This document shows, one piece after another, positions 1-13,256 of a DNA stretch of 64,000 nt. This DNA is from Eledone cirrhosa (Eukaryota). The notes beneath the pieces are model-generated. The model was not told the origin of the DNA. It did no database searches and saw only the letters and a list, made by a program, of their open reading frames with translations. The number at the start of each line of letters is the position of its first letter. Positions within the stretch are counted from its first letter, which is position 1. A program made the translations under genes and the position numbers. The stretch is taken from the NCBI GenBank assembly GCA_964016885.1, contig OZ024740.1:190278001-190342000 (forward strand). The letters run 5' to 3'.

Positions 1-50
1 ATACCTGGATAAAATCCTTCTCTTAATACTTACCTGTGTTTTCTCTTTTA

Positions 51-116
<66 letters not shown>

Positions 117-121
<5 letters not shown>

Positions 122-450
122 GAAAAAAAAGATGAAATCGAAAATGCAACTGGACTGTCATTTAAAAAAATATATATATATATTTGGTTCCTTTACCGGT
201 TTCGCAGTTCTTCTGCTTTTCAGAAGTAGAGTTGAGATGGAGAGAAAAACTACAGACCTTCCATCTCAACTCTACTTTTGAAAAAAGAAGAACTGCGAAA
301 CCGGTAAAGGAACCGAATATATTTATATATATATATTTTTAAATAAGACTCCAGTTGCATTTTCGATTTCATCTTTTTTTCTTTATACTTTCACTCGTGT
401 AACACGTCGGTTATATTTAATTTTGTAAAAATAACCTCATTTTCTAATAT
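117..450. mobile_element. (TA)n-flanked fold-back cassette, PLE pLTR-derived; ~120-bp inverted arms
   Basis: 117-240 is the reverse complement of ~261-385 with a 20-nt spacer; (TA)n lies on both sides; each arm contains an HHR-like motif. Confidence 0.75.
190..227 (-). ncRNA. Minimal type I hammerhead motif with a core variant; decayed mirror copy at 273-310 (+)
   Basis: The minus strand reads CTT-CTGAAAA-GCAG-AAGAA-CTGC-GAAA-CCGG-TA-AAG. Stem II is GCAG/CTGC, stem III is the palindrome ACCGGT and stem I is CTT/AAG. The core has A where G8 is expected. Confidence 0.65.
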
Positions 451-453
451 ATA

Positions 454-485
<32 letters not shown>

Positions 486-491
<6 letters not shown>

Positions 492-1197
492 ATGTCGAAA
501 AGGTAACACACCAGAGAGAGATATACAGTGCGCTATCAATAAAACAGGGAAAAAACCACCAATGTACGGAATCTATAACCTATGAAAGGCAGACTATAGA
601 TACGATAATTAAAAATATAAATTAAAGCGTAAATAAATACCTCTATAACTATATAACACACGTAAAAATCCAAAGAGATGTTTCGCCAGTAATTTGTTGA
701 CAGAAATGGAATAACCTCGGTTCATCAGCGTGCGTAAGGCTATACATTTCAGACAACACTAAAAGATTTTGAAAGTGACTGTCCAGCTACACGTGGGAGA
801 AAGAAGTCACAGCGTGTTTAAGCGCAGTGATCCAGTGGCCTCTGAGGGACGAACTGCTAGAAATGGCAGCCCAAAACCACTCAGAGAAGTGTGCTCAACC
901 AAACAGAGTGATAGGAAAGACTGTTATAAGGACCGAAATATCACGATAAATTAACGGAGCCATAGGCCCTCGCCATTCCCTGTACATAATGTGCTCAAAA
1001 GAGAAGAAATCCTGAGCTCTTTAAAATACAATATGTTGAAAAGGTAACACACCAGAGAGAGATATACAGTGCTCTATCAATAAAACAGGGAAAACACCAC
1101 CAGTGTATGGAATCTATAACCTATGAATGGCAAACTATAGAAACGATAATTAAAAATATAAATTAAAGCGTAAATAAATACCTCTACAACTATATAA
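486..1197 (-). mobile_element. (TA)n-flanked element with 170-bp terminal direct repeats (486-656, 1027-1197) and a degenerate HHR at 674-732 (-)
   Basis: TACAATATGTYGAAAAGGTAACACACCAGAG... occurs twice. The minus strand has CTGATGA...TGGCGAAACATCTC with imperfect stems. Confidence 0.55.
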
Positions 1198-1198
1198 C

Positions 1199-1751
<553 letters not shown>

Positions 1752-1764
1752 CATACATATTTTG

Positions 1765-3026
1765 CAAGAAGTATGACCCCGACAGCAGAGCTCAAGCTGT
1801 TTCGACGGCTTTTTCTAGACTAAATTAGAATCTTTAGCCTGGTGAATAAACAGCCGAACTTCTCAAGAGGGTACTTCCTTATATGGGAAGATTGTAGTTG
1901 TCAAGAGGATTGGTTAAAATTTGTTCTACACACAAATGAGTCTATCATGGCATTTGGTGGAGGTTGGGGTGGCTGAACTTGCCTGTAGAACAATAGAGGA
2001 TTGAGTGGAGCGGCCAGCGTTGAAAGTGATATGTATACAGCAGATTCTAAGGATATTGTATGAAGTGGAGGAGGGAGGTTAAAGAATAGGTAAATCGAAT
2101 GAGAGTAGGAGACAATAAAATATAATAGAAAGAAAAAATATATATATAAAATTAGATAGTGAGAAATTAATTCAAAAAATTACAATTACAGGTTAATAAG
2201 TTGAGAATAGAAACAATCTGTAGAATGAGTAGTAACAAAAGTGATACAAAATTAAAGGGATTTAACACATCTGCTATAAGTAGTTAGTTAAATGTATTCG
2301 GCTAATTTTCTCTTAAAATTACAGGGGTGGGGGTACTGATGCTACAGAGGCACGATGGGCTGCATCGGCGTAGGCGAAAGGGGAAAATCAGATGAGGAAG
2401 AAAATAGGGGTTGGAAGGAAGTGATAGGATGAGACAGGGGGAAGAAGGAGACAAAACGGAAAAGAAAAGAGATAGATCTACCTATGTAAGCTGGGGTTAC
2501 CCTAACCTATTCGGCAAGTGGGGGGTATCAACCCTTTTCTAACCACCCGGGTCGTTATAGGGTTTGAAGTGAGGTAAGTCCTACGCAATCTGTGATTGCA
2601 TGCGGTTACCAGTTGTACTCTTTCTTGTTCAGGAGTTGCTCCTTCGGAAACAACATTTATAATGTTACCTCCAAGCATAAGTTACACGGATGGCGTCCTC
2701 CCGTGTAAGAGTTAGTTCTGGACAGTACGCTCCAAGTGGGATTGTATGTTATTTTATTATCTTGGAGGTCCCAGATGTGGCCCGAAAGTGTAGTGGCATG
2801 TCGCCGGACCGGGTGTCGGAAATTGTGTCGGTGCCGGTAGAGCCGGATCTTGAAGTCACACGCGGTTAATCTTATTATAAGCTTTGTTGGAGGTGTCCGT
2901 CCTCACGTTACACTGGTAGATCACGTTACGTTCTCGGCATTTCTTGTTGAGGGGGCACGTAGAATTATCAGGGCAGTTACACCTCCTGGTCGGCTCTCCA
3001 TTGATGTCTAGTTTATTTCTTCCATA
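1765..3026 (-). mobile_element. Inverted 3' copy (pseudo-LTR, GIY-YIG plus 3'UTR) of the adjacent Penelope-like element
   Basis: Reverse-complement homology to ~4695-5970; ORF 2856-3098(-) has CNCPDNSTCPLNKKC...VIYQC..., as in the 4740-4850 region. Confidence 0.9.
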
Positions 3027-3063
3027 TCCCGACTTTTCCACCTCAAGTTTCTTCTCTCGCACG

Positions 3064-5181
3064 ATGCGAAAACACATCGACTTCGCCACCAAGAACATCC
3101 CAGTTCCACCGAGAAAACATTACCTTCGGATGCTCACGCAAAAAATTGACATTTTTGCGAAAAGACTAAGATGGAGAACTTTTTTCTACGATAGATACCG
3201 CGACAATCTGGACTTCGACACCAAGGACTGATTCGGATTCAATAGCTACAAACCTCCCCCACCGAACCCTATGGTGTCACCCTTCGAGAAAGACCTTTTC
3301 CACCTGGTCAAGAGCATTAAATTCAAACGCTGACACAATAGATTTCTAAAACAAATCCGTAGCAAAATAACAGAGTATGAAAACACCAATGACATCATGG
3401 TGCACTCGGACAAAACTGGAGACCTCTACTTCGTTAACACTGACAGATATTCGACCTATAAAAAGGCTAACCATCCAATTATCGAGGACATAAATCGAGA
3501 TTGATAACACATTACCTCCAAACTCGGGGTCGCCGACCCCACTGAACCCCTAGACCCACGGTTTCCCTACTTCACACTGAAGGACCACAAATCCCACTTC
3601 GACCGCAAACCATCCTTAGGCTTATAAACCCAACGAAGTCGGACATAGGGAGAATCAGTAAAAGATCCTAGACTGAGTTATACCAAAAGTTAAGCAAAAC
3701 GTGAGACTTAGCTTATGGGTCAGAACGAGGAAGAAATCTCATGGTTCGGGAATATGGAGGACAAACGAGACACAAAAACATCCAGTTTGACATAGAGAGT
3801 TACTATGCATATATTACCTTACCGCTCCTTACCGCCGCCTTGGACATTGCCGAAACACTCACGCCCATCACTGACCAGGAAAGAAATATCATTCTCCAGG
3901 CCAGGAAGACAGTCCTACTTTTCGACAACTCCAAGTGGGTAAAGAGAGCTCCAGACTCCCCCATCGACGTCAGTATGGGCGAAACGGATTCGGCCGAGGT
4001 CACAGATATTATACGATTATTCCTACTATTTAAACTCACCGAAATGTTTCCTGCATTCGGCGGTGGATTGTACTAGGATGATGGGTTCCTCACCCTCAAA
4101 GGGTACACCCCCCAGTAGTACAGACCGGGTTCGTTAACAACTAAATAACTTCTTCCGGGACTGGGGATTTAAAATCACCCTACAAACGTCCCTAACCCGA
4201 TTCAATTTCCTGGACAAAACACTTAACCTCGAAAATGATCTGTACTACCCATACAGGAAACCAAACGACAACCTGCACTACGTCCACCGCCGCTCTAACC
4301 ATCTTAGAAACATCACCAATAACCTGGTTAAAAGCATCTCCCTCCGCATATATCGTATGTCCGCTAATGATCAGATATTCGACGAACACGCGCCTCATTT
4401 CAACCAACCCTCAAGCGGGGTGGCTTCTGGGAGAAAATATACTTTTATCCAGCTTCCCTTAGCGGAACGAGCAGGCGACACCGCCGCTAACGCAACGTAA
4501 CGTTGTTCAATCCTCACCACAATGCCGAGGTGGCAACACCTATCGGGAAAATTTTCTTTAGACTCCTCCTAAGACACTTCCCACTACAACACCGCTACCA
4601 CAACATAATAAAAAAAATACCATCAAACTCTCCTACAGCCCCACACCTAACTTCGCACAAAACATCGTCTCCTCAAGCAACAAAAAACTCAACCCCTATG
4701 GAAGAAATAACCTAGACATCAGTGGAGAGCCGACCAGGAGGTGTAACTGCCCTGATAGATCTAGGTGCCCCCTCAACAACAAATGCCGAGAATGTAACGT
4801 GATCTACCAGTGAAACGTGAGGACGGACACCTCCAACAAAGCTTATATAAGATTAACCGCGTGTGATTTCAAGACCCGGCTCTACCAACACCCACATACT
4901 TTCCGAAACCCGGTCCGGCGACATGCCGCTACACTTTCGGGCCACATCTGGGACTTCCAAGATAATAATATAACATACAATCTCACTTGGAGCGTACTGT
5001 CCAGAACTAACCCTTACACGGGAGGACGCCATCGTGTAATTTATGCTCGGAGGAAACATTACAAATGCTGTTTTTGAAGGAGCAAATCCTGAACAAGAAA
5101 GTGTACAATTGGTAACCGAATGCAAACACAGATTGCGTAGGACTTACCTCGCCTTCAAACCCTATAACGACCCCGGTAAGT
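3064..5181 (+). pseudogene. PLE reverse transcriptase plus GIY-YIG endonuclease ORF with many stops and frameshifts
   Basis: ATG at 3064; ORF fragments 2944-3231, 3741-4076, 4503-4715 and 4817-5077. Confidence 0.85.
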
Positions 5182-5859
5182 AGACAAGGGCTGATACCCC
5201 CTCCCAACCTTGCCGAATAAGTTAGGGGAAACTCCAGCTTACATAGCTAAATGTATCTGTTTTCTTTTCCTCTTTATCTCCTTCTCCATGTCTCATCATA
5301 TCACTTCCTTCCACCCCCTATTTTCTTCCTCATCTGCTTTCCCCTTTCGCCTACCCCAATGCAGTCTATCGGGCCTTGTAGCATCACTTCCCCCACCCTT
5401 GTTATTTTAAGATAGAATTGGTCGAATACGTTTCACTAACTTCTTATATCAGATGGGATAAAACCCCTTTAAGTTTGTATCTGTTTTGTAATTTCTATAA
5501 GTTTTTTTATTCTCAACTTATTTAACTGTAATTGTAAGATAGCATTGTGATTTCATTATTCATACCTCACTATCTAATTTTATATTTTTTTATTTTTTAT
5601 TTATTTCTAGTATCTTTTATTGTCTCCTACTCTCTTTCGATTTACCTATTCTATAACCTCCCTCCCCCATTTCATACACCATCCTTAGAATCTGATGTAT
5701 ACATATCATTTTCAAAGCTTGACCGCTACACTCACTCCCCTAATGTTCTACAGGCAAGTTCAGCCACCCCTACCTCCCACCAAATACCATGATAGACTTA
5801 TTTGTGTTTACAACAAATTTTAACCAATCCTCTTGACAACTACAATCTACCCATATAAG

Positions 5860-5968
5860 GAAGTACGCCCATGAAATGTTCGGCTTTTTGTTCATCATGC
5901 TAACCAGTCTAATTTAGTCCAGAAATAGCCCTCGAAACGGCTTGAGCTCTGCCGTCGGGGTCATACTT
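5860..5968 (+). ncRNA. Degenerate type I HHR with long stem II at the PLE1 3' end; inverted copy at 1768-1877 (-)
   Basis: GAAAC-GGC-ttgagctct-GCC-GTC-GGGG forms stem III; TCGGCT...AGCC forms stem II; GAAGTA/TACTT forms distal stem I. The core is decayed (ATGAAAT here, TTGAGAA in the inverted copy). Confidence 0.6.
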
Positions 5969-6049
5969 TTTCCTATATATATTGGCAACATGACCCTCCC
6001 AAAGCATAACAATATATATATATAAAAAAAATATATATATATATATAAA

Positions 6050-7440
6050 TTTCCACTAACACTATGCTAAACCCATGGCCTCCAAATACCTGATACTCAA
6101 AAATACAGCAATGTGCAGTAGTGCTAAGTTTAATATTCTGTCCGCAGATTTGGTACGAGTGATGAAGAATGTGTGCCGCATGTACGACCCAACATAAATG
6201 GAAAGACACATCCAACATTTCATCAACCGCATACAGTTCTCTGGCTACAACCAAAGAGACAGAGTCAGAGTATACGAAGGAGCCATGGAGATGTATAAGA
6301 CCCTCATAGAACTGGACATGAAAGGAATTTGCCCATTATACAGGAGCAAATCATGGAATAGCTTAGATAGGGCTAGACATAAGATAGGTAAAGCCACCTC
6401 ATGGTACGACAACCAGAGATACCAGAGTGTCATGTTTGTGGACGCTACTCCTGGAGGGAAATTAGTAAACCAGTGTAGAAAGGCTCTGAGAAAGACCCAC
6501 TTTAGAGATTAGATTAAGGTGGTAGAAAAGCCAGGAACCACCATAAAATCCCGGATCAGCAAAACCAACCCTTTTAAGAAAACCCACTGTACTAATAGGA
6601 AATGTATCATATGTAAGGTAAACCCCCGGATAAACTGTAAGCCTAGAAACGTAGTCTACAACATAAGATATACAGAGGGTACTTGCAGAAACATGACAAC
6701 AACATACATAGGCGAGACAGCTCGTAGCATTGGTGAAAGGATAGACCAGCACTGGGTGGAACTAAAAGGACGACAAAACGGTTCATGTACTATACGAACA
6801 TGCCAGATAACAACAAGACGGTAGCATAGACAACATAGAAATTAGAATAATATCTAAACATAGAAATGACCCAGCAGATAGGCAACTCAGAGAGGCCAGT
6901 GAAATAGAACTTAGAAGGCCAAGGCTAAACAGAAAGATTGAATGGAATAACAAAAACACCCTAACAAACAACACTGATAATAAATAAATAGATAAATAAA
7001 TAAATAAATACATACACAAGCACAATAACAACAAACACATATAAACACACACTAGTAAAGATAGAATACATTAACCAATACACAGTCACCCAATCACGAA
7101 CACACATCAAACAAAACACTATGCACACACGCAAACGCATGCGCAGAGAAGACAAAATAAAATAAACAATTAAATAAATATATAAACATACTAAATAAAG
7201 ATGGCGTAGAAAATACAATTTAACGGGAGGAAACAATAGCACCACTGACGGTGTTGCAGATGTGCAACGAAAGAACTTTGATAAACTATATATATGTGTT
7301 TGTGTCTATATTGTATCTGTATTATTTTTGACCGTTGGTCATTCAATGGCAACATTGAGGACCGAATAAATTAGAATACCGATATAAAAGACACAGAAGC
7401 GAAAAGCGAAAACCAACCGAACAGTGTGTTCTGTTATTAA
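6050..7440 (+). mobile_element. 5'-truncated tandem copy (3' ORF plus pLTR) of Penelope-like element 2
   Basis: Near-identical to 10265-11345 (ERHI.HFINR.QFSGY..., YIGETARSIGERIDQH); this is the partial-tandem layout typical of PLEs. Confidence 0.9.
7236..7289 (+). ncRNA. Degenerate minimal HHR in the PLE2 pLTR
   Basis: CTGACGG-T-GTTGCA-gatg-TGCAAC-GAAA-G-aa-C-TT; stem II is perfect, while A9 and stem I are mutated. Confidence 0.55.
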
Positions 7441-7461
7441 TTCTTGCAATATTACACAAAT

Positions 7462-10400
7462 ATGACCCTCCCCAAGTATAAACATATTTGTATCGACACA
7501 CGATTTCATATCAAAAACTTCGCAAAACTAATTCATCGCCGTTATGGCATTAGCTTGTGCCAAGCTGAAAGTTTATTGAAAGACACTGTTTTCTGTTATA
7601 TATAAACTACAATAACAACAGAACAAATCCGCTTCTTAAAACACTGTGTTTCCTCCAAAATATACACAACAAACATATCAAAACAAGTAAATAATTTATT
7701 ATTGAACAAAACACAAGCTAAACGACTAAAATACACAATAACAGTTAATATGAAAAGAACAACATACACAAAAGTCAACGAACTTTACAGACAGAAACGC
7801 ATTAACGGTAAGGAAGTGCAAAATCTCACCACACCAAACGAAACAGATGACTTCATGAGCATCATCCGACGTGAAACGAAATACGCCCGAAAGGAAAGCA
7901 ATAGGCATTTCAATAAGAAATTAGAATGGATGAATAAGAAAAAAACTACAAGAAAGGGAAATAGAATATTCTCAAAAATACCCAGATAACATCAACAATA
8001 TCCGTATGACTGATGTAAAACTACCGGAATAATTTACCAATGACCACACAGTAAATATTTATGGGAACATGTTAATCAGTGAACAAGAACAACAAATGAT
8101 GCAGCTACTCCAAAATTTGCCATCTACAAAAAGATTAACCCTATTGAGTGCCAAACGGGGCTGGAAAAGTGTTTCACAAAAATACGTTGGAATGCAAAAG
8201 TAACCAACAACAACAACGATAATAACGGTCGTAGTAATATAAACAATAACTCTGAGTATAGAAATAACAGCTATAATAGTAATAGCCATAACAATAACAA
8301 TAGCAGGAGAGTGAGAAATAGTAATAATCGTAATAATAATAACGACAGACAGAACAACAACAACCACTATAATAATAATAATAGAAACATTAACTACAGA
8401 CACAGCAGCAGCGACCAAAGTAGTTATAACGGTAACAACAACCACAGTGGTAATAATGGAAATAATACATGCAGCAACATTAATGATAGACACAACAAAA
8501 ACAAGAGACATAATACAAGTAACAACCACAATGGTAGATATAACAGTAACAACAACAATAAAGGTGAAGTAAACAACAATCACAGCAACAATACATCTAG
8601 CAATCATAACAACAATACATCTAACAATCACAACAACAATACACCTAGCAATATTAACAACAATACATCTAACAATCACAGCAACAATACATCTAGCAAT
8701 CATAACAATAATAATAATGCTAATGATAGGAACAACAACAACCACCATAATAACAATAATAGCAACACACACAACTATGACGATAGATATAATGACAACC
8801 CCTTAGAGAAATTAGTTTCAACCCAGCTGACAAAACATATAAGATGTGTAATATCTATCCTACGAGGTTACCCTTTAATAAAAGAGTTTGCATACCATAA
8901 CAAATAGATAACGAGACAGAGGCACAGTTCACCATAGCTAGAAATAAGATTAGACAAATAGTAGACCGGTATTCTAAGAGACAGAGCAGACCAGAGGCCA
9001 AACAACTTGGGAGGAAACCTGTAGAAGGCTTGGTTAGCCTCAATCAGCGCACAAGGGATGGTGAGGTAGTATGTCTACCCACCACGGATAAGTCTGGTAG
9101 GATGTCAATAGATAGCATGCCGAACTACATCAAGGCTATGCAACCCCACATCACCAATACGAGCGAAATTGCACAGCAAACACATGATGGGAGAGAGGAA
9201 ATCCTCAACGCTCACATGATGATGTGGACCGACATCCTAAAGCCAAGCAGACGCACTGCCAACAAATTCGAGGCGTCTAACAATGGCATACCACCCTTAT
9301 ATGGGCTCCGCAAAGACCACAAGACAGTCGACGATCCGACAACAGGACCACCAACAAGACCCGTATGCGGAGCAAATATAGCTAGCAACTACATGATCTC
9401 CTACTTCCTCTCAATGGTTATACGACCCATAATCAAGATGTCCCCAGTGTATGTGACAGTACAGATGACCTCCTCAGCAGAATCAGTGAGTGCAACAAAA
9501 ACAGGAAGTATCCAACTGCATAATAGGCAGCATGGATGTGGTGTCACTGTACCCATCCATTAACATTGATTTTGCTGTGGAAAAATGTGTGGAGATGATC
9601 ATTGAGAGTGAGGTGGAGTTCTGCGACGTCGACACAGACGAACTGGGCCTCCTACTTAGACTTACTTACGACACTTACTACCTAGACAGCCATGACCTTA
9701 GACGTTTCTGCCCTAGTAGACACATAAGAGGTAGACCCCCCACCATAACCTCAATGGCTAAAAAGACTCCCATGGGAAGGTGGATTGGGTGGACCAAAGC
9801 TATACGGACCCCCCAAACCAATGATCAGGTAAGAAAAATGGTCGCACATGCAATAGGGGCTAGTATCAAAACTACCCTAAAGGGCCACATATTCAAGTTC
9901 AACGAAAAGATCTACACCCAAAATGAGGGAGCAGTCATTGGCGTCAGCATAGCTGGTGATGTTGCCAACCTTTTTATGGTATGGTGGGAAAGAAGACTTA
10001 AAGATCTCACAATGAGAGCTTCATAGACCTCATCATGTACTCTCATCACGTAGACGATATCAATATAGTTATAAGAACATCACCACTAGAGAGCACTAAC
10101 AAGTTTGATTTAGAACGTAGCAAAATGGAAAACATCCAGCAGATAGCTAATTCCATACACCAGAGTATAACTGTAACTATCGACTACCCTTCCAAACACC
10201 CTAACAATAGACTACCTGTATTATACACGAAACTCTGGATTAATGCTATAGACGAGAGAGCCCAAATTCTCCACTCACACTATGCTAAACCCATGGCCTC
10301 AAAATACCTGATACTCAAAAACTCAGCAATGTCCAGTAGTGCTAAGTTTAATATTCTGATCGCAGATTTGGTACGAGTGATGAAGAATGTGTCCCGCATG

Positions 10401-11201
10401 TGCGACCCAACAGAAATGGAAAGACACATCCTACATTTCATCAACCGCATGCAGTTCTCTGGCTACAACCAAAGAGACAGAGTCAGAGTATACGAAGGAG
10501 CCATGGAAAAGTATAAGACCCTCATAGAACTGGACATGAAAGGAATTTACCCATTATACAGGAGCAAAACATGGAATAGCTTAGATAGGGCTAGACATAA
10601 GATAGGGAAAGCCACCTCATGGTACGGCAACCAGAGATACCAGAGTGTCATGTTTGTGGACGCTACCCCTGGAGGGAAATTAGCTAACCAGTGTAGAAAG
10701 GCCCCGAGAAAGACCCACTTAAAGATTAAGGTGGTAGAAACGCCAGGAACCACCATAAAATCCCGGATCAGCAAAATCTACCCTTTTAAGAAAACCCACT
10801 GTACTAATAGGAAATGTATCATATGTAAGGTAAACACCCGGATAAACTGTAAACCTAGAAACGTAGTCTATAGCATAAGATGTACAGAGGGTACTTGCAG
10901 AAACATGACAACAACGTACATAGGCGAGACAGCTCGTAGCATTGGTGAAAGGATAGACCAACACTGGGGGAAATTAAAAGGACGAAAAAAGGGGTCAGTA
11001 CTATACGAACATGCCAGACACCAAGACGGTAACATAGACAACATAGAAATTAGAATAATATCTAAACATAGATATGATCCAGCAGATAGGCAAATCAGAG
11101 AGGCCAGTGAAATAGAACTTAGAAGGCCGAGGCTAAACAGAAAGAATGAATGGAATAACAAAAACACCCAAACAAACAACACTGACCTAAGAGAAGTATA
11201 A
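7462..11201 (+). pseudogene. Penelope-like element 2 RT/GIY-YIG polyprotein, frameshifted; Nematis-like tentatively
   Basis: TDKSGR, PPLYGLRKDHK, TRPVCGA, GSMDVVSLYPSI, QNEGAVIG, HVDDI, CxxxxCxxC linker, VVYSIRC..YIGETAR..ER..QH, REA..I..P.LN. Confidence 0.9.
8198..8795 (+). repeat. Asn-rich low-complexity (AAC/AAT) coding insert within the PLE2 ORF
   Basis: ORF 8311-8907 is about half Asn, with repeated NNTSSNH-like units. Confidence 0.85.
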
Positions 11202-11416
11202 ATAAATAAATAAATTGATAAATAAATAAATACATACACTAGCACAATAACAACAAACACATATAAACACGTACTAATAAAGATAGAATACATTAACCAA
11301 TACACAATCACCCAATCACGAACACACATCAAACAAAACACTATACTAATGATAGACCGAACAACAACAACAACCACTACAATTCTAGAATAATAAAATA
11401 AACATTAACTACAGAG

Positions 11417-12351
11417 ATTCCAACCAGGTTTGATGGTCTTTATTCTCTCTCGTTCACGATTTCACCGAACTTATATTCATGGAAATTTGGGACTTGTCTC
11501 CTTCTTCATCACTTTTCGTTGCTTCACCATCTTTGTTTGTTTACACTGTCGTGTCCCCTTTATTTACGTGTCCCAACGACTTTTTTTAGCCGTTGCTCGC
11601 ACCAACCGGAAGGATATGGTCTTTAAAGCGATGAAATACCAATAATGATTGGCATATCACTGATGAAGGACTAACTTTATTCATATGTAACCCATGATCA
11701 ACCACGCAGCACGTTTATTCTCATATTTACACATATTTCTTTCCCCGCAGTGACCCGTCTATTTCGTTCTTACTGCTTCCTTTTCCTCTGTATCTTTACC
11801 CTCTCTAGCAGTCACTCTCTCTGTTAGCCTCTTCCTCACCCTTCACTCACTCATTCTCTGTTACTACCTCTCCTCCTCCTCCTTCCTGTTTGACCTGTGC
11901 GTAATTCTTTTCTTTCGCACCCTTGGTCTGGCAGGTCGCTTTTTTCTCTCTCTCGTCTACGATTTCACAGAACTTACGTTCACCGAATTCACAGACTAGA
12001 TCCCTTTTCTCCCGTTAGACCTCTACGGAATTCCTTCCTTGCTCACATTCCAATCAGGTTTGATGGTCTTTATTCTCTCTCGTTCACGATTTCACCGAAT
12101 TTATATTCATAGAAATTTGGGACTTGACTCCGTCTTCCTCACTTTTCGTTGCTTCACCATCTTTGTTTGTTTACACTCGTATCCCCTTTATTTACGTGTC
12201 CCAACGACTTTATTTAGCCGTTGCTCGCACCAACCGGAGGTATATGGTCTTTAAAGCGATGAAATACCAATGATGCTTGGAAGATCACTGATGAAAGACT
12301 AACTTTATTCATATGTGACCCATTAGCAACCAAGCAGCACGTTTATTCTCA

Positions 12352-12358
<7 letters not shown>
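11417..12358 (+). repeat. 1.5 copies of a 630-bp pyrimidine-rich tandem unit ending at (TA)n
   Basis: ATTCCAAYCAGGTTTGATGGTC starts at 11417 and 12047; about 310 bp is duplicated; there is an internal sub-repeat near 11940. Confidence 0.8.
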
Positions 12359-12403
<45 letters not shown>

Positions 12404-12833
12404 TTAAAATTATGAAATATAAAATCAAGTCATTAGAGATATACTTCACTGCTTTACGATCGTTTCTAGATGGTGATAATAGATTGTATCTAAACTCAGT
12501 TATTGATCTATGTAAGTTTACAAACTATCAGATAGAGGAAAATATTTACTTACATGCATAACACCAGCTGTTATCAAAAGCAATTACATTGAGTTCTTCA
12601 TACATAATAGACTTACAGTGGAGACCTCTGTATATATATATATATATATTTATATATACATTTTGAGATGCAATTTGGGCAATATTGGGCTGCGTTTTCT
12701 ATCAACCAGCCCACTCGCCGTAAGCAAACAACCACATTCTTTCTGACTTGACCACCGCCACGTCACGATTCTTACCCATTTTGAATTTATTTCTGGCTGG
12801 GATCATTTAAGAAAATTACTTGTCCTCTGAATT

Positions 12834-12915
12834 TGTTTCCTGACGAGTTCGAAGCTCGAGATTTGATCCTTAATAGGATATTTTAAAATGCGAACGAAAC
12901 CCGAGGGTAGAGATA
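12834..12915 (+). ncRNA. Type I hammerhead ribozyme, intact core, extended stem II
   Basis: TGTTTC-CTGACGA-GTTCG...(ATCCT-taat-AGGAT)...CGAAC-GAAA-CCC-ga-GGG-TA-GAGATA; NUH is GUA; it lies in the TA-flanked segment 12660-13200. Confidence 0.85.
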
Positions 12916-13198
12916 TAATCCCCGTAAGTGTGTAGGCATTTCTTCTAACTTTAATTTTATACCTAATTGTGTATGGTTGACGGTACATTTAGTCGTTTTC
13001 CACGTGCTCTTGAAATGTTTGGTAAACATTCTATGGCGGTCCGTCGCGAAGAGATTGCTGTCGTTTATTTATCTAATATTTCTTTATAGGTGCCTTTTAA
13101 TCTCATAGCCTGGTCTAATTGATTTTTATGTGGTTGATTATGGTAATTGGGATAGGGAATATATATATTATCAAATGATTCTTTGGGCATACCTTATA

Positions 13199-13256
<58 letters not shown>

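Larger units (their letters stand above)
3027..5970 (+). mobile_element. Penelope-like element 1, decayed; C-terminal EN, tentatively Hydra-clade-like
   Basis: Fragments KNIPVP, QFDIESYY, DVSMGETDSAEV, Y*DDG, FNPH.N, CNC..CPL..C and GIY-YIG (VIY..YI.LT..FKTR..QH), followed by a pyrimidine-rich 3'UTR ending in an HHR-like motif next to (TA)n. Confidence 0.88.

Noticed and set aside
4811-4813. In-frame TGA where the inverted PLE copy has TGT (Cys): possible selenocysteine, as in Naiad PLEs
   Set aside because: The ORF also has TAA/TAG stops and frameshifts, the EN is C-terminal, and no SECIS was recognised; simple decay is sufficient.
8059-8772. 237-aa hydrophobic ORF on the minus strand; likewise 46389-46911 and 38758-39294
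   Set aside because: Antisense shadows of Asn/Thr/Gln-rich low-complexity TE coding sequence, not membrane proteins.
12452-12500. Minus-strand CTGAGTT-TAGAT..ATCTA-GAAACGATCGTA
   Set aside because: Probably a dead HHR, but the core is doubly mutated and stem I is missing; not listed as a feature.
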